Positions 50,417 through 59,439 of a DNA stretch of 64,000 nucleotides are shown here, one piece after another (the stretch's first letter is position 1; every line of letters starts with the position of its first letter). A program made the translations under genes and the position numbers. The notes under the pieces are model-generated. The model had not been told where the DNA came from and made no database searches. It saw only the letters and a program-made list of their open reading frames with translations. This DNA comes from an uncultured bacterium (GTDB lineage: Bacteria; Patescibacteriota; Dojkabacteria; SC72). Location: positions 45,809 to 109,808 of the forward strand of contig CAIVJR010000007.1 in NCBI GenBank assembly GCA_903906305.1. The letters are read 5' to 3'.

Positions 50417-51487
50417 ATGGAAGGTAAGGAAGAAAAAAATAATATGGTAATGAAGCTGCAAAAGATGACGCCATTGATTTTTAGGGAGGAAAGTTTGACA
50501 CCAATCTGTCTATCATGTGACGCTAATTATGAACCTCATCTATGGGTAACGATTGCTTCTATGATTGATAGTGCAAAAAGCAAAAACAAATATCATATAT
50601 ATATATTAGATGGGGGAATAAAGAATCAAGAGGTATTCTTCAATTTAATAAAGGCAGATAATAGATTCTCAATCGAGTTTATCGATATGCGAGACCAATT
50701 CGTCCTCGCATATGAATCTCGCCATTTAAGTAAAGCTGCTTACTATCGTTTAGCTATTTTCAAACTATTTAAAGATTACGATAGAGTAATATATCTAGAT
50801 GCTGATTCCTATGTACTTGGTGATATCGCAGAATTGATGGAATTACCAATGGGTAAGAAGCTAATCTCTGGAGCTCCAGATTCTATAACCTATGAAATTC
50901 CGTGGAGAGAAAAGAACATTAGCTATGAAAATTACTCAGGAAAAGCGCTTAACTATTACCAAGATTATCTTCTTAAGGATAAACCTCTTAAAAGCTATTT
51001 TAGCTCTGGGATATTAGTTTTCAACCTAAAAGAGACTGATTTAGAAGAAAAGCAAAGTACACTTGAGAAATTATTACTAAACAACTATTTCTCTCATGAT
51101 CAAGATATTCTAAACCTTTTGTATGATGCAGAAGAAACCCTTCCTCTTCCAAGAGAATGGAATTATTTTAATAGTGCCCCAACTTTAAAACCTGAAGATT
51201 TCGCAAATGAAGAAGAGAAAATGAATTATTTAGGGGGAAAAGTACAACCTAAGATTGTCTCTTATGTACTTAAACCATGGTTAAAAGAAAATATTAATGC
51301 ACCATATGCAAATTTATATTGGGAAAAGATGGAACAATCGCCATATTACGAAGAGATTAAAAAAATGCTTAAAAGGAACAATAAATTTGATAGATTTATG
51401 AAATTAAACCTAAAAGAAAAGCTCAAATTCCTTATTAGTGGAGATATAAATAAGTATATAACCTTTATTAAGAATCTATTTAGATAA
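50417..51487 (+). CDS. Glycosyltransferase family 8
   Basis: AAYYRL, YLDAD, YFSSGILVFN, HDQDILN, KPW. Confidence 0.88.
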   Translation: MEGKEEKNNMVMKLQKMTPLIFREESLTPICLSCDANYEPHLWVTIASMIDSAKSKNKYHIYILDGGIKNQEVFFNLIKADNRFSIEFIDMRDQFVLAYESRHLSKAAYYRLAIFKLFKDYDRVIYLDADSYVLGDIAELMELPMGKKLISGAPDSITYEIPWREKNISYENYSGKALNYYQDYLLKDKPLKSYFSSGILVFNLKETDLEEKQSTLEKLLLNNYFSHDQDILNLLYDAEETLPLPREWNYFNSAPTLKPEDFANEEEKMNYLGGKVQPKIVSYVLKPWLKENINAPYANLYWEKMEQSPYYEEIKKMLKRNNKFDRFMKLNLKEKLKFLISGDINKYITFIKNLFR

Positions 51488-51528
51488 AGTTTTAATCTGA
51501 AGTCTGATTATGATATTATAGAAAGCCA

Positions 51529-52293
51529 ATGAATAATTATATAGAACTACTAAAAGAATTTATTCGAACGGATTTCAAATTAAGATATAAAAATTCTTAC
51601 TTAGGAATCATTTGGATTGTACTAAAGCCATTAGCAATGTTCTCAATCATCTATTTGATTTGGTCAAATATTATGGTTATGAATGCTGATTATAAAATGG
51701 GACTTTTGTTAGGTATTATGATAATGAGTTTCTTCAGCGAGGCGATAATGATGGGGATGGATTCATTGCTAACAAAGTCTGGCATTATCCTAAAGATTAA
51801 ATTCCCCAGAGAAATTACAATTTACAGCGCGGTAACAATCGCATTGATGGATTTCGCTTTTAATATGATTGTCTTTGTAATATTTAGTTTCTTTACACCA
51901 ATACATCCTACAGGAATTGGTCTCTTACTCTTTCTTGCTGCTATAGTATGCATTTTTGTTCTTACGATGGGTGTAAGTCTTTTCTTGAGTATTTTGTATA
52001 TAAGATTAAGAGATATTCATAATTTAATAGAAGTAGGGGTACAGTTAATATTCTGGGCAACCCCAATCTATTACACCCTAGCAATGATGCCAGAAAAACT
52101 TCAAAAAATAATTATTTTAAATCCACTCACATTAATAGTGACCTATGCTAGAAAAGGCCTTATTACAGGGGATCAAGTGAGACTGGAGGATTTTTTACAA
52201 ATGGGTATTGTATTTTTAGTCTGTTGCGCAATTCTTTTGCTAGGTACTATTTTCTTTAAAAAGAAAGTCTCTAAAATAGCTGAATATTTCTAA
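51529..52293 (+). CDS. wzm: Polysaccharide ABC transporter permease
   Basis: DFKLRYKNSYLG..W..LKPL, FWATPIYY, LNPL. Confidence 0.9.
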   Translation: MNNYIELLKEFIRTDFKLRYKNSYLGIIWIVLKPLAMFSIIYLIWSNIMVMNADYKMGLLLGIMIMSFFSEAIMMGMDSLLTKSGIILKIKFPREITIYSAVTIALMDFAFNMIVFVIFSFFTPIHPTGIGLLLFLAAIVCIFVLTMGVSLFLSILYIRLRDIHNLIEVGVQLIFWATPIYYTLAMMPEKLQKIIILNPLTLIVTYARKGLITGDQVRLEDFLQMGIVFLVCCAILLLGTIFFKKKVSKIAEYF

Positions 52294-52295
52294 TC

Positions 52296-53036
52296 ATGGA
52301 TGAAAATAAACCAATAATACAAATTAGAGATCTTAAGAAGTCATTCTTTCTCCCTCATGAACGACATGATTCATTAGTTGAATTCATGTCAAATCCATTT
52401 AGAATTTTTAAGCCAAAGGGGGAACAATTCACAGTTTTGAAGGATATTGATTTAGATGTATATAAGGGCGAATTTCTTGGCATTATGGGAAGAAATGGCT
52501 CTGGAAAATCTACATTACTAAAAATTTTAGCAGGAATATATGAACCAACAAGTGGATCGGTAAAAGTTACAGGAAGCGTTGTTCCTTTCCTAGAATTAGG
52601 GGTAGGTTTTAATGCCGAATTAAGTGGTAGAGAGAATGTTTTTCTTAATGGAATCATTCTTGGTATGTCAAAGGATAAACTAAAAAAGAAATATGATGAA
52701 ATAGTTGCGTTCGCAGAATTAGAAAAGTTTATGGATATGCCTCTTAAAAACTATTCTTCAGGAATGCAAGTTAGATTAGCGTTTTCAATTGCTATTATGG
52801 CTGATGCCGATATATATATATTAGATGAGGTACTGGCGGTAGGTGATGTCGAATTTCAGAAGAAATGTTTTGATGTATTTAGAAATTACAAAGAACAAAA
52901 GAAAACAGTTATTTTAGTTACACATGCGGCAGGATCTGTAAAAGATTTCTGTACTAGAGCGGTATTCCTAAAAGATGGAGTATTCCAAGTTCAAGGAGAT
53001 GTGGATGAAGTAATAGAAGCGTATAATAGAGGATAG
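52296..53036 (+). CDS. wzt: Polysaccharide ABC transporter ATPase
   Basis: GRNGSGKST, YSSGMQVRLAF, LDEVLAVGD..FQKKC. Confidence 0.92.
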   Translation: MDENKPIIQIRDLKKSFFLPHERHDSLVEFMSNPFRIFKPKGEQFTVLKDIDLDVYKGEFLGIMGRNGSGKSTLLKILAGIYEPTSGSVKVTGSVVPFLELGVGFNAELSGRENVFLNGIILGMSKDKLKKKYDEIVAFAELEKFMDMPLKNYSSGMQVRLAFSIAIMADADIYILDEVLAVGDVEFQKKCFDVFRNYKEQKKTVILVTHAAGSVKDFCTRAVFLKDGVFQVQGDVDEVIEAYNRG

Positions 53037-53037
53037 T

Positions 53038-54222
53038 ATGCACATCATTATCGATGCCACTACAACCCAAGATCAATTAGCATATGCAGGTATAGGGCAA
53101 TATACTAAATCAATCATATTTGCATTAGTAAAAGCATTCCCTCAAACCCAATACATCATCCTCTTGTTTAATGAAAAGGTATCAACCCTAGAACCAGTAA
53201 TTGAAGCTTACAAAAATGTAACAATAGGGAGAATAGGGAAGTATAGGTTAAATGACTACAAAAACGATATTGTCTATTTCACTCAAATACTCCCAGCAAT
53301 AAACAGGATAAAGCAGAAAGACAGTATATATTTCTGTCCATACTTCTGGAGAAATTATCCATCATACTCAATGCCAACAGTACTCTTTGTACATGATATG
53401 AACCTCCCAATGTTCAATATGTATTCCCAACAAAGTAAGCTACACAACTTCATTAGAAAGATCCAATACTGGCTTACATTAAACAAATCAATGAAATGCA
53501 AATACATTGTTACCAACTCCCAAACATCTTTAGATGACTTCCTCAAATACTACCCTAAATATCCAAAGGAAAAGACATGCGTCTCATATCTAGGAGCAGA
53601 TATGGAAGAAAAAGAAATAGATATATCTAACGTATTACCTAAGGATTACAAAGAAAAGAAATATGTCATATATCTAGGAGGAGCACTCAACTGGACTAAG
53701 AATACAGATGGAGTCATAAAAGGATATGCAGAATTCTTGAAACTCTTAGATCCAAAACAAAAACAGCCATATTTAGTAATATCAGGAAAGATATTTAAAG
53801 ATGAAAGTAAGAAAGAAGTGCAAGGATTCCATAGACTAATATCTGAATTAGGAGTTAAAGACAATGTCATATTTACCGGATTTTACAAAGATGAAGAAAA
53901 ATATTCCTTACTTAAGAATGCTTTCGCCTTTATGCATCTTGCTCTCTATGAAGGTTTTGGAATATCCCCATTAGAAGCTATACGCTCCAAAACACCAACA
54001 GTTATCCATGAGAGTAATGTATACAAAGAGGTATTTAAAGATATGGCAATATTTGTAAATGGAAAAGATGAAAAAGAAGTAGGGAAAACTTTGTATGATA
54101 TATATATTAATCCTGACATGTACAAAGAAGAGGTAGAGAAAGCATATATACTTTCGCAAAAGTACTCATGGGAGGAAACTGCAAAGAAAACACATGGGGT
54201 GTTTGAGAAGGTTAGAATGTAG
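53038..54222 (+). CDS. Glycosyltransferase family 4
   Basis: GIGQY, VHDM, KNTDG, YEGFGISPLEA, YSWEETA. Confidence 0.88.
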   Translation: MHIIIDATTTQDQLAYAGIGQYTKSIIFALVKAFPQTQYIILLFNEKVSTLEPVIEAYKNVTIGRIGKYRLNDYKNDIVYFTQILPAINRIKQKDSIYFCPYFWRNYPSYSMPTVLFVHDMNLPMFNMYSQQSKLHNFIRKIQYWLTLNKSMKCKYIVTNSQTSLDDFLKYYPKYPKEKTCVSYLGADMEEKEIDISNVLPKDYKEKKYVIYLGGALNWTKNTDGVIKGYAEFLKLLDPKQKQPYLVISGKIFKDESKKEVQGFHRLISELGVKDNVIFTGFYKDEEKYSLLKNAFAFMHLALYEGFGISPLEAIRSKTPTVIHESNVYKEVFKDMAIFVNGKDEKEVGKTLYDIYINPDMYKEEVEKAYILSQKYSWEETAKKTHGVFEKVRM

Positions 54223-54260
54223 GTTGAGAATTCTCAAGTTTAGCAATGTTGTGTAATTGT

Positions 54261-54368
54261 TGTCTTTGGAATGGAAGGACAGCGACCCCCTCATCGTAGT
54301 GTAATAATTCATAGAACTATCATACCCACCGGTAGAGCTGTATATTTCCGTATTTCATTCAAAGAACA
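54261..54368 (-). ncRNA. Candidate rod-like structured RNA
   Basis: Nested pairs ctttgaatg/cattccaaag, ggaa/ttcc, acagc/gctgt, gatagttc/gaattatt; G-U pairs favour the minus strand. Confidence 0.4.
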
Positions 54369-54378
54369 TTTGCGAAGC

Positions 54379-54446
54379 GATCTAGAGCCTATTCTGAAAT
54401 AAATTCAGACACGCGCACCATACGGTGACAGTTCGAACTCCAGATC
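54379..54446 (-). ncRNA. DUF3800-associated structured RNA, copy 1
   Basis: P1 gatctggag/ctctagatc, P2 cacc-gtat-ggtg, P3 tctgaa/ttcaga; promoter TTGCTT-17-TATAAT (54486-54458). Confidence 0.75.
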
Positions 54447-54542
54447 TTTTCGTCGATATTATACCTTCTGATACATCCCAAAGCAAAAAAAAACAATTAT
54501 TAAATAACCGAGAAATTCATTTTCTTTTGTTACACTCTATCT

Positions 54543-55184
54543 ATGATCATATACATAGACGAATCGGGGGATTCTGGATTTAAAATAGAAAAAGGTTCAA
54601 GCCGGTATATTGTTATTTCTGCAGTTATTTTCAAAAGAGAAAAAGATGCTCAAATAGTTGTAGACAAAATTAATGAGTATAAGAAAAAACTAAAATATTC
54701 TTCTTCATATGAATTCAAATTTAACAAAACGAATAAAAAGATTATTTTAGGTTTTCTAAAGAGTATAGGTCGGTGTGACTTTGAAATATACTCGGTAATT
54801 GTTGATAAAACAGGAATAAATTTATTCCATAATGTTTCAAAAAGAAAAGTATATGATTATCTTCTAACAGTTCTCTTAGATAAATGCGCATCTACTAAGG
54901 AAATCACGCACATACAACTCGATGGCACAGCTGAAAGAGCTTTAACGAATAGTATAAAAACTCATCTACGTAACAATTTAACCAACAAGATTGAGTTTAA
55001 ATTTGTAAATTCAGCAACTGATTCTTTAATCCAAGTGGCAGATATTGTTGTTGGTAGCGTAAAACGATCCTATGATTCAAAAAAAGGAGATGCCTTTTTA
55101 TACATAAAAATGCTTGAGAAAAGAATAATAGGAAGCAAGGAGATAAGTAAAGTCGACCTAGCATCTATCTTAGTGCTTGTCTAA
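54543..55184 (+). CDS. DUF3800 domain protein (RNase H-like fold inferred)
   Basis: YIDESGDSG, EFKF, LDG, LIQVADIVVG. Confidence 0.88.
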   Translation: MIIYIDESGDSGFKIEKGSSRYIVISAVIFKREKDAQIVVDKINEYKKKLKYSSSYEFKFNKTNKKIILGFLKSIGRCDFEIYSVIVDKTGINLFHNVSKRKVYDYLLTVLLDKCASTKEITHIQLDGTAERALTNSIKTHLRNNLTNKIEFKFVNSATDSLIQVADIVVGSVKRSYDSKKGDAFLYIKMLEKRIIGSKEISKVDLASILVLV

Positions 55185-55222
55185 GAACGCGCACCATACG
55201 GTGACTGTTCGAATACTAGGTC
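55155..55222 (-). ncRNA. DUF3800-associated structured RNA, copy 2
   Basis: P1 gacctagtat/atgctaggtc, same P2, P3 tcttag/ctaaga; promoter TTTACT-17-TATAAT (55262-55234). Confidence 0.75.
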
Positions 55223-55304
55223 TATTCATCTACATTATACTTTCTCCTTAATCCCAAGTAAAGAATCAGTACCTTAAAGTTATTAAAAATAGTAGAATAT
55301 AAAT

Positions 55305-55793
55305 ATGGACATAATTAGCATAATACTTTACATACTACTAGGCATAGTCTCACTCGCAGGACTTGTATTAACCGTCATAAATCTCCCTGGAATCTGGCTC
55401 ATATTCGGTGCCACCCTCGTAGCAGGAATAATGGATAAGTTTCAAAATCTCACACCACTGATCTTACTAATACTCTTCTTCCTTTGCTTAGCCTCAACAT
55501 TTGCAGATAACATAGCAGCAGCACTGGGAGCTAAGAAATTTGGAGGAACAGGATGGGGAATGGCAGGAGCAGTAATCGGAGGAATAGTTGGAATGTTTGC
55601 AGGTATATGGGGAATATTACTAGGACCACTTGTCGGTGCAGTACTCTTTGAAATGCTCTTTGCAAAAAAAGACTTTAATACTAGCTTGAAGGCAGGGTGG
55701 GGAACATTCGTAGGAATACTCGTAAGCATGGTTCTCAAGCTCGGCCTAAGTGTAGTCATCATCATATTTACCATAACGAGGATATTGAGTTAA
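55305..55793 (+). CDS. DUF456 membrane protein
   Basis: LPG.WL, GAKKFGG..WG..GA..G, GPLVGAVLFE. Confidence 0.85.
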   Translation: MDIISIILYILLGIVSLAGLVLTVINLPGIWLIFGATLVAGIMDKFQNLTPLILLILFFLCLASTFADNIAAALGAKKFGGTGWGMAGAVIGGIVGMFAGIWGILLGPLVGAVLFEMLFAKKDFNTSLKAGWGTFVGILVSMVLKLGLSVVIIIFTITRILS

Positions 55794-55835
55794 CTCTTCT
55801 GGTAATCTTCATGCTTTAGGAATAAAATATATCCC

Positions 55836-56519
55836 ATGTCGAAAAATATCATCGAATTAAAAAATATAGGGAAGATATATAAATCTGAGGGAGGAGATAC
55901 TCAAGCTCTAAGAAGCATAGATCTAAACATTAAAGAAGGAGAATTCCTTGCCATAATGGGACCATCCGGCTCCGGCAAATCTACTCTCATGAATATCCTT
56001 GGCCTCTTAGACACACCAACTAGTGGAACATATATCCTCAATGATCAGAAGGTTAGCCAACTTAAAGAAAAACAATTAGCAAAGATTAGAAACAAAGAGA
56101 TAGGTTTCGTATTCCAACAATTCAATCTACTTGCTAGAACTACAATACTAGACAATGTAATGATGCCTACAATCTATGGAAATATCCCTAATCCAAAGCA
56201 GAAAGCAGAAGAACTAATAGAAATGGTAGGGCTTACCAAATGGATATCACACAAAAGTAATCAACTTTCAGGAGGACAGATACAAAGAGTAGCCATTGCT
56301 AGAGCATTGATGATGGATCCAAGCATAATCCTTGCGGATGAACCAACAGGAAATTTGGATACAAAAAGATCAGAGGAAATTATGGCATTGTTTAAAGAAA
56401 TAAACAAAAAAGGATCAACCATAATATTGATTACTCATGAAGAATATCTTGCACAACATGCGTCCCGAATAATACATATACAAGATGGAAACATCGTAAG
56501 AGAGGAGAGAGCAAAATGA
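55836..56519 (+). CDS. MacB/LolD-type ABC ATPase
   Basis: [34 protein letters not shown]. Confidence 0.92.
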   Translation: MSKNIIELKNIGKIYKSEGGDTQALRSIDLNIKEGEFLAIMGPSGSGKSTLMNILGLLDTPTSGTYILNDQKVSQLKEKQLAKIRNKEIGFVFQQFNLLARTTILDNVMMPTIYGNIPNPKQKAEELIEMVGLTKWISHKSNQLSGGQIQRVAIARALMMDPSIILADEPTGNLDTKRSEEIMALFKEINKKGSTIILITHEEYLAQHASRIIHIQDGNIVREERAK

Positions 56520-57763
56520 AATTCTTAACAATTCTAAAACAATCTGTAAAAGCCATAATGTCTAACAAAGTAAGAAGCTTTCTTACTGTGCTAGGCATCA
56601 TCATAGGTATAGGATCTGTAATAGGGTTGATGTCTCTAGGTGCAGGGGTTAAGGCAAGTATAAGTGAACAGATCAACTCTCTAGGAAGTACAAATTTAAC
56701 AATTACCTCAGGAGTAACGGCATATTCAAAAGGTTCATACATGTCTAGTGATGATGCGAGTAAGGCACAACAAAACAGTTCTGCTATGCTTGGATCTGTT
56801 GAGACATTAACACAAAATGATTTAACAGAATTAACAAAGATATCGAAAGATTTGGTAGAAAATGTTGCTGGCTATGTTTCTAGTCCAGTCATATTCAAAG
56901 TAAACGATGAAGAACAGAGGCAAACCCTCATAGGTGTATCTAGTCAATATTTTGCATTGTATGATTTGAAGCTTGCTTCTGGTAATGGACTTGATGCTTC
57001 CGATTCTAAGAATATTGTATTAGGAAGTCAGTTAGCTACAGATACTTTTGGAAATACTAGTGCCATTGGACAAAAAATATCAATAATGGAAACTGAATTT
57101 ACAGTAGTAGGGGTCTTAGAAGCACAAGAAGAAAGTAATTTCAGTAATCCAAATCTACAAGCATATATCTCGGATGCGGATGCATTTAAAATATTTGATA
57201 GCAAGAATTACAATGGTATTGTAGCTAAGGCTACTTCTGAGAAAACAGTAGACAGTGCAAAGGCAGAATTGGAAACAGTGTTGTTGAGAAGTCATAAGAT
57301 TGATGATAAAGATCTCGCAGATTTTACAGTAACATCTTCGAAGGATTTACTTTCTACAATTGATACAGTTATGAGTATGCTAACATCCTTCTTAGCAGGT
57401 ATTGCTGCAATCTCTCTCCTTGTTGGTGGAATAGGCATTATGAATATCATGCTAGTATCTGTTACCGAAAGAACTAGAGAAATTGGTTTAAGAAAAGCAT
57501 TGGGAGCAAAGACCTCGGATATATTGATTCAATTCATGACTGAAGCTGTAGTACTTACAATCATTGGAGGGGTATTGGGAATGACATTTGGATATACCAT
57601 TGGAATAGTGGCAGGCAAATTCTTAGACTTTAGTGCAGTCATAACCCTGGACTCGGTATTACTTGCAGTAGGAATCTCAAGCTTCATTGGCATTGTTTTT
57701 GGTATATATCCTGCAGCTAGAGCTGCAAGACTCAATCCAATTGATGCTTTAAGGTACGAATAG
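56516..57763 (+). CDS. MacB/FtsX-type ABC permease
   Basis: RSFLTVLGIIIG, GGIGIMNIMLVSVTERTREIG, PIDALRYE. Confidence 0.92.
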   Translation: MKFLTILKQSVKAIMSNKVRSFLTVLGIIIGIGSVIGLMSLGAGVKASISEQINSLGSTNLTITSGVTAYSKGSYMSSDDASKAQQNSSAMLGSVETLTQNDLTELTKISKDLVENVAGYVSSPVIFKVNDEEQRQTLIGVSSQYFALYDLKLASGNGLDASDSKNIVLGSQLATDTFGNTSAIGQKISIMETEFTVVGVLEAQEESNFSNPNLQAYISDADAFKIFDSKNYNGIVAKATSEKTVDSAKAELETVLLRSHKIDDKDLADFTVTSSKDLLSTIDTVMSMLTSFLAGIAAISLLVGGIGIMNIMLVSVTERTREIGLRKALGAKTSDILIQFMTEAVVLTIIGGVLGMTFGYTIGIVAGKFLDFSAVITLDSVLLAVGISSFIGIVFGIYPAARAARLNPIDALRYE

Positions 57764-58313
57764 CATATCTAAACAATTCTCTAGTATCATAGTTCAGATA
57801 CACATTTCCTAGAAAATCCTTTTGAACATATAGCGTTTGATATTCAATATCCTTTGTTTGATCAATCTCCTTCATCTCTCCATTAGCTATGGATATTTCG
57901 TAGTAATGTTGTTCAAGGAAATCCAAAGCAGTGACCGCAAGAATGGTATCGCTATCTAATGATATTGGTCGTATTGTAGGAAAGAACTTTAATTCTTTCC
58001 CATTGATTGTAAATATCGTTGAAAATTCATCCTTAGAATTGATTAGAAAATGCTCAATTCCACATAACACAATATTTTTGTTTCCATCCAATCCTACAAA
58101 TTCATTTGGTTTCCGTGTACCAATATTCTCTAATTTTTTCTCTACAGTATTGTATTCAAATATATCAGCATCTTTAACGAATATAACATGATCCATATCT
58201 TTCCAAATAACCTGTTGTGGATTAACAATATTGGGGATTAACTCTCTGTGAGGTTGTCCAGAAATCAATTCGAAAATCATCCCCAACACTATGAGTATCT
58301 TCTCCATATGCAT
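57732..58313 (-). CDS. Hypothetical exported protein
   Basis: 193-aa ORF directly downstream of the M23 gene; hydrophobic N-terminus. Confidence 0.6.
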   Translation of the reverse strand: MHMEKILIVLGMIFELISGQPHRELIPNIVNPQQVIWKDMDHVIFVKDADIFEYNTVEKKLENIGTRKPNEFVGLDGNKNIVLCGIEHFLINSKDEFSTIFTINGKELKFFPTIRPISLDSDTILAVTALDFLEQHYYEISIANGEMKEIDQTKDIEYQTLYVQKDFLGNVYLNYDTRELFRYAIRTLKHQLD

Positions 58314-58324
58314 ATAGTTTCAAA

Positions 58325-59371
58325 TTAAAATGTAGGATGTGGATTATCTCCACTCAATCTTCCAGGATTAGATTTTGCATTCAAAGTAAGTACCTTGTTC
58401 CAATCTGCAGCAATGTAATCCACTGGATTAACATGTGTACTCTGACTTCTTCCCAACCTTGTTTCAAAATGAAGATGGAATGCCAATGGCTGGCAATTCC
58501 AACTACCAGTATTTCCAGATACCGCAAGAACATCACCTTTCTTAACCTTTTTCCCAACATCAACATATGTAGATTGAAGATGGAAGTATGAAGAATACAT
58601 ACCATTTGTGTGTTTAACTAGAAGATAGTTCCCACCAGACAGACATTCCCCATTGTAGTTGTCCCAACCCTTGCCAATAATTTCGCCGTCCCCAATAGCT
58701 ACTATTTCTTTTTGTGTAGCTCCAAAATCAATTCCAGTATGGGGCTTTTGAAATGCGGTATTCCCATGCCATTGAGTAACGCCAATATATTCCTTAAGTG
58801 GAAATGAAAAAGGTTTGGACAATTGCGAAGTATTTACATTCCAAACCATGGTATCTGTAATATCTTCTTTAACAACAGTAGGAACACTTGTCTTGACCAC
58901 AGGATTTAACTTTGTCGATGTGGAAGCTTTAACCTGCGTTGGTTGTACAACTGGAGTTGGGGTAGGGGTTACAGAAAAAATAGCAGATTCCGAAATGGTA
59001 AAGGAATATATAACTGTGGAAAGCACATGTTCACAAGGATTTTCATTCTTAGGACAATATTTCACCCACCACAAAATTTTGTTTCCAAACTCCTTAGGAA
59101 TAGTATATACATAACTTGTCCCATTATTACTTGGGATCGAAATACCTACTCTAGGAAAGTAATTCTGAGTAGAATCAATCACATTGCCAATATCAATCAT
59201 GTAAGTATACTCATCAGAGATATCATTGTTCTTCCATTGAAAATTGATAACCCGTGTATCTACAGTTGAGTTGTTTTTGGGAAATACCCCACTTACTTCC
59301 GCCCAACAAAAGTTTGGTAAAGTGAAAAAGCATATGAATGTAAATATGAGTATGGTAATATATCTCTTCAT
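58325..59371 (-). CDS. M23 family metallopeptidase, secreted
   Basis: HTGIDF, YFHL, GNTG, HLHFE; start at MKRY with a -10 hexamer 6 nt upstream. Confidence 0.88.
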   Translation of the reverse strand: MKRYITILIFTFICFFTLPNFCWAEVSGVFPKNNSTVDTRVINFQWKNNDISDEYTYMIDIGNVIDSTQNYFPRVGISIPSNNGTSYVYTIPKEFGNKILWWVKYCPKNENPCEHVLSTVIYSFTISESAIFSVTPTPTPVVQPTQVKASTSTKLNPVVKTSVPTVVKEDITDTMVWNVNTSQLSKPFSFPLKEYIGVTQWHGNTAFQKPHTGIDFGATQKEIVAIGDGEIIGKGWDNYNGECLSGGNYLLVKHTNGMYSSYFHLQSTYVDVGKKVKKGDVLAVSGNTGSWNCQPLAFHLHFETRLGRSQSTHVNPVDYIAADWNKVLTLNAKSNPGRLSGDNPHPTF

Positions 59372-59439
59372 ACCCCAAATATACATAACAGAAATGAAAT
59401 TTTTCTGAAAAATACAATACTTAATGATATAATCAGAAC

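Noticed and set aside
54261-54368. 6S or SRP RNA identity for the rod
   Set aside because: No large central bubble and no SRP GGAA/CAGG-AGCA domain; a better 6S candidate lies before rny.
54411-55213. Direct repeat read as a CRISPR array or as tRNA genes
   Set aside because: Only two copies separated by a gene, no cas genes; TTCGAA is present but there is no cloverleaf or CCA.
55155-55222. gacctag...ctaggtc resembles the centre of the RAYT palindrome (gacctaggtc)
   Set aside because: Only 7-nt matches, and copy 1 has a different P1 sequence; probably coincidence.
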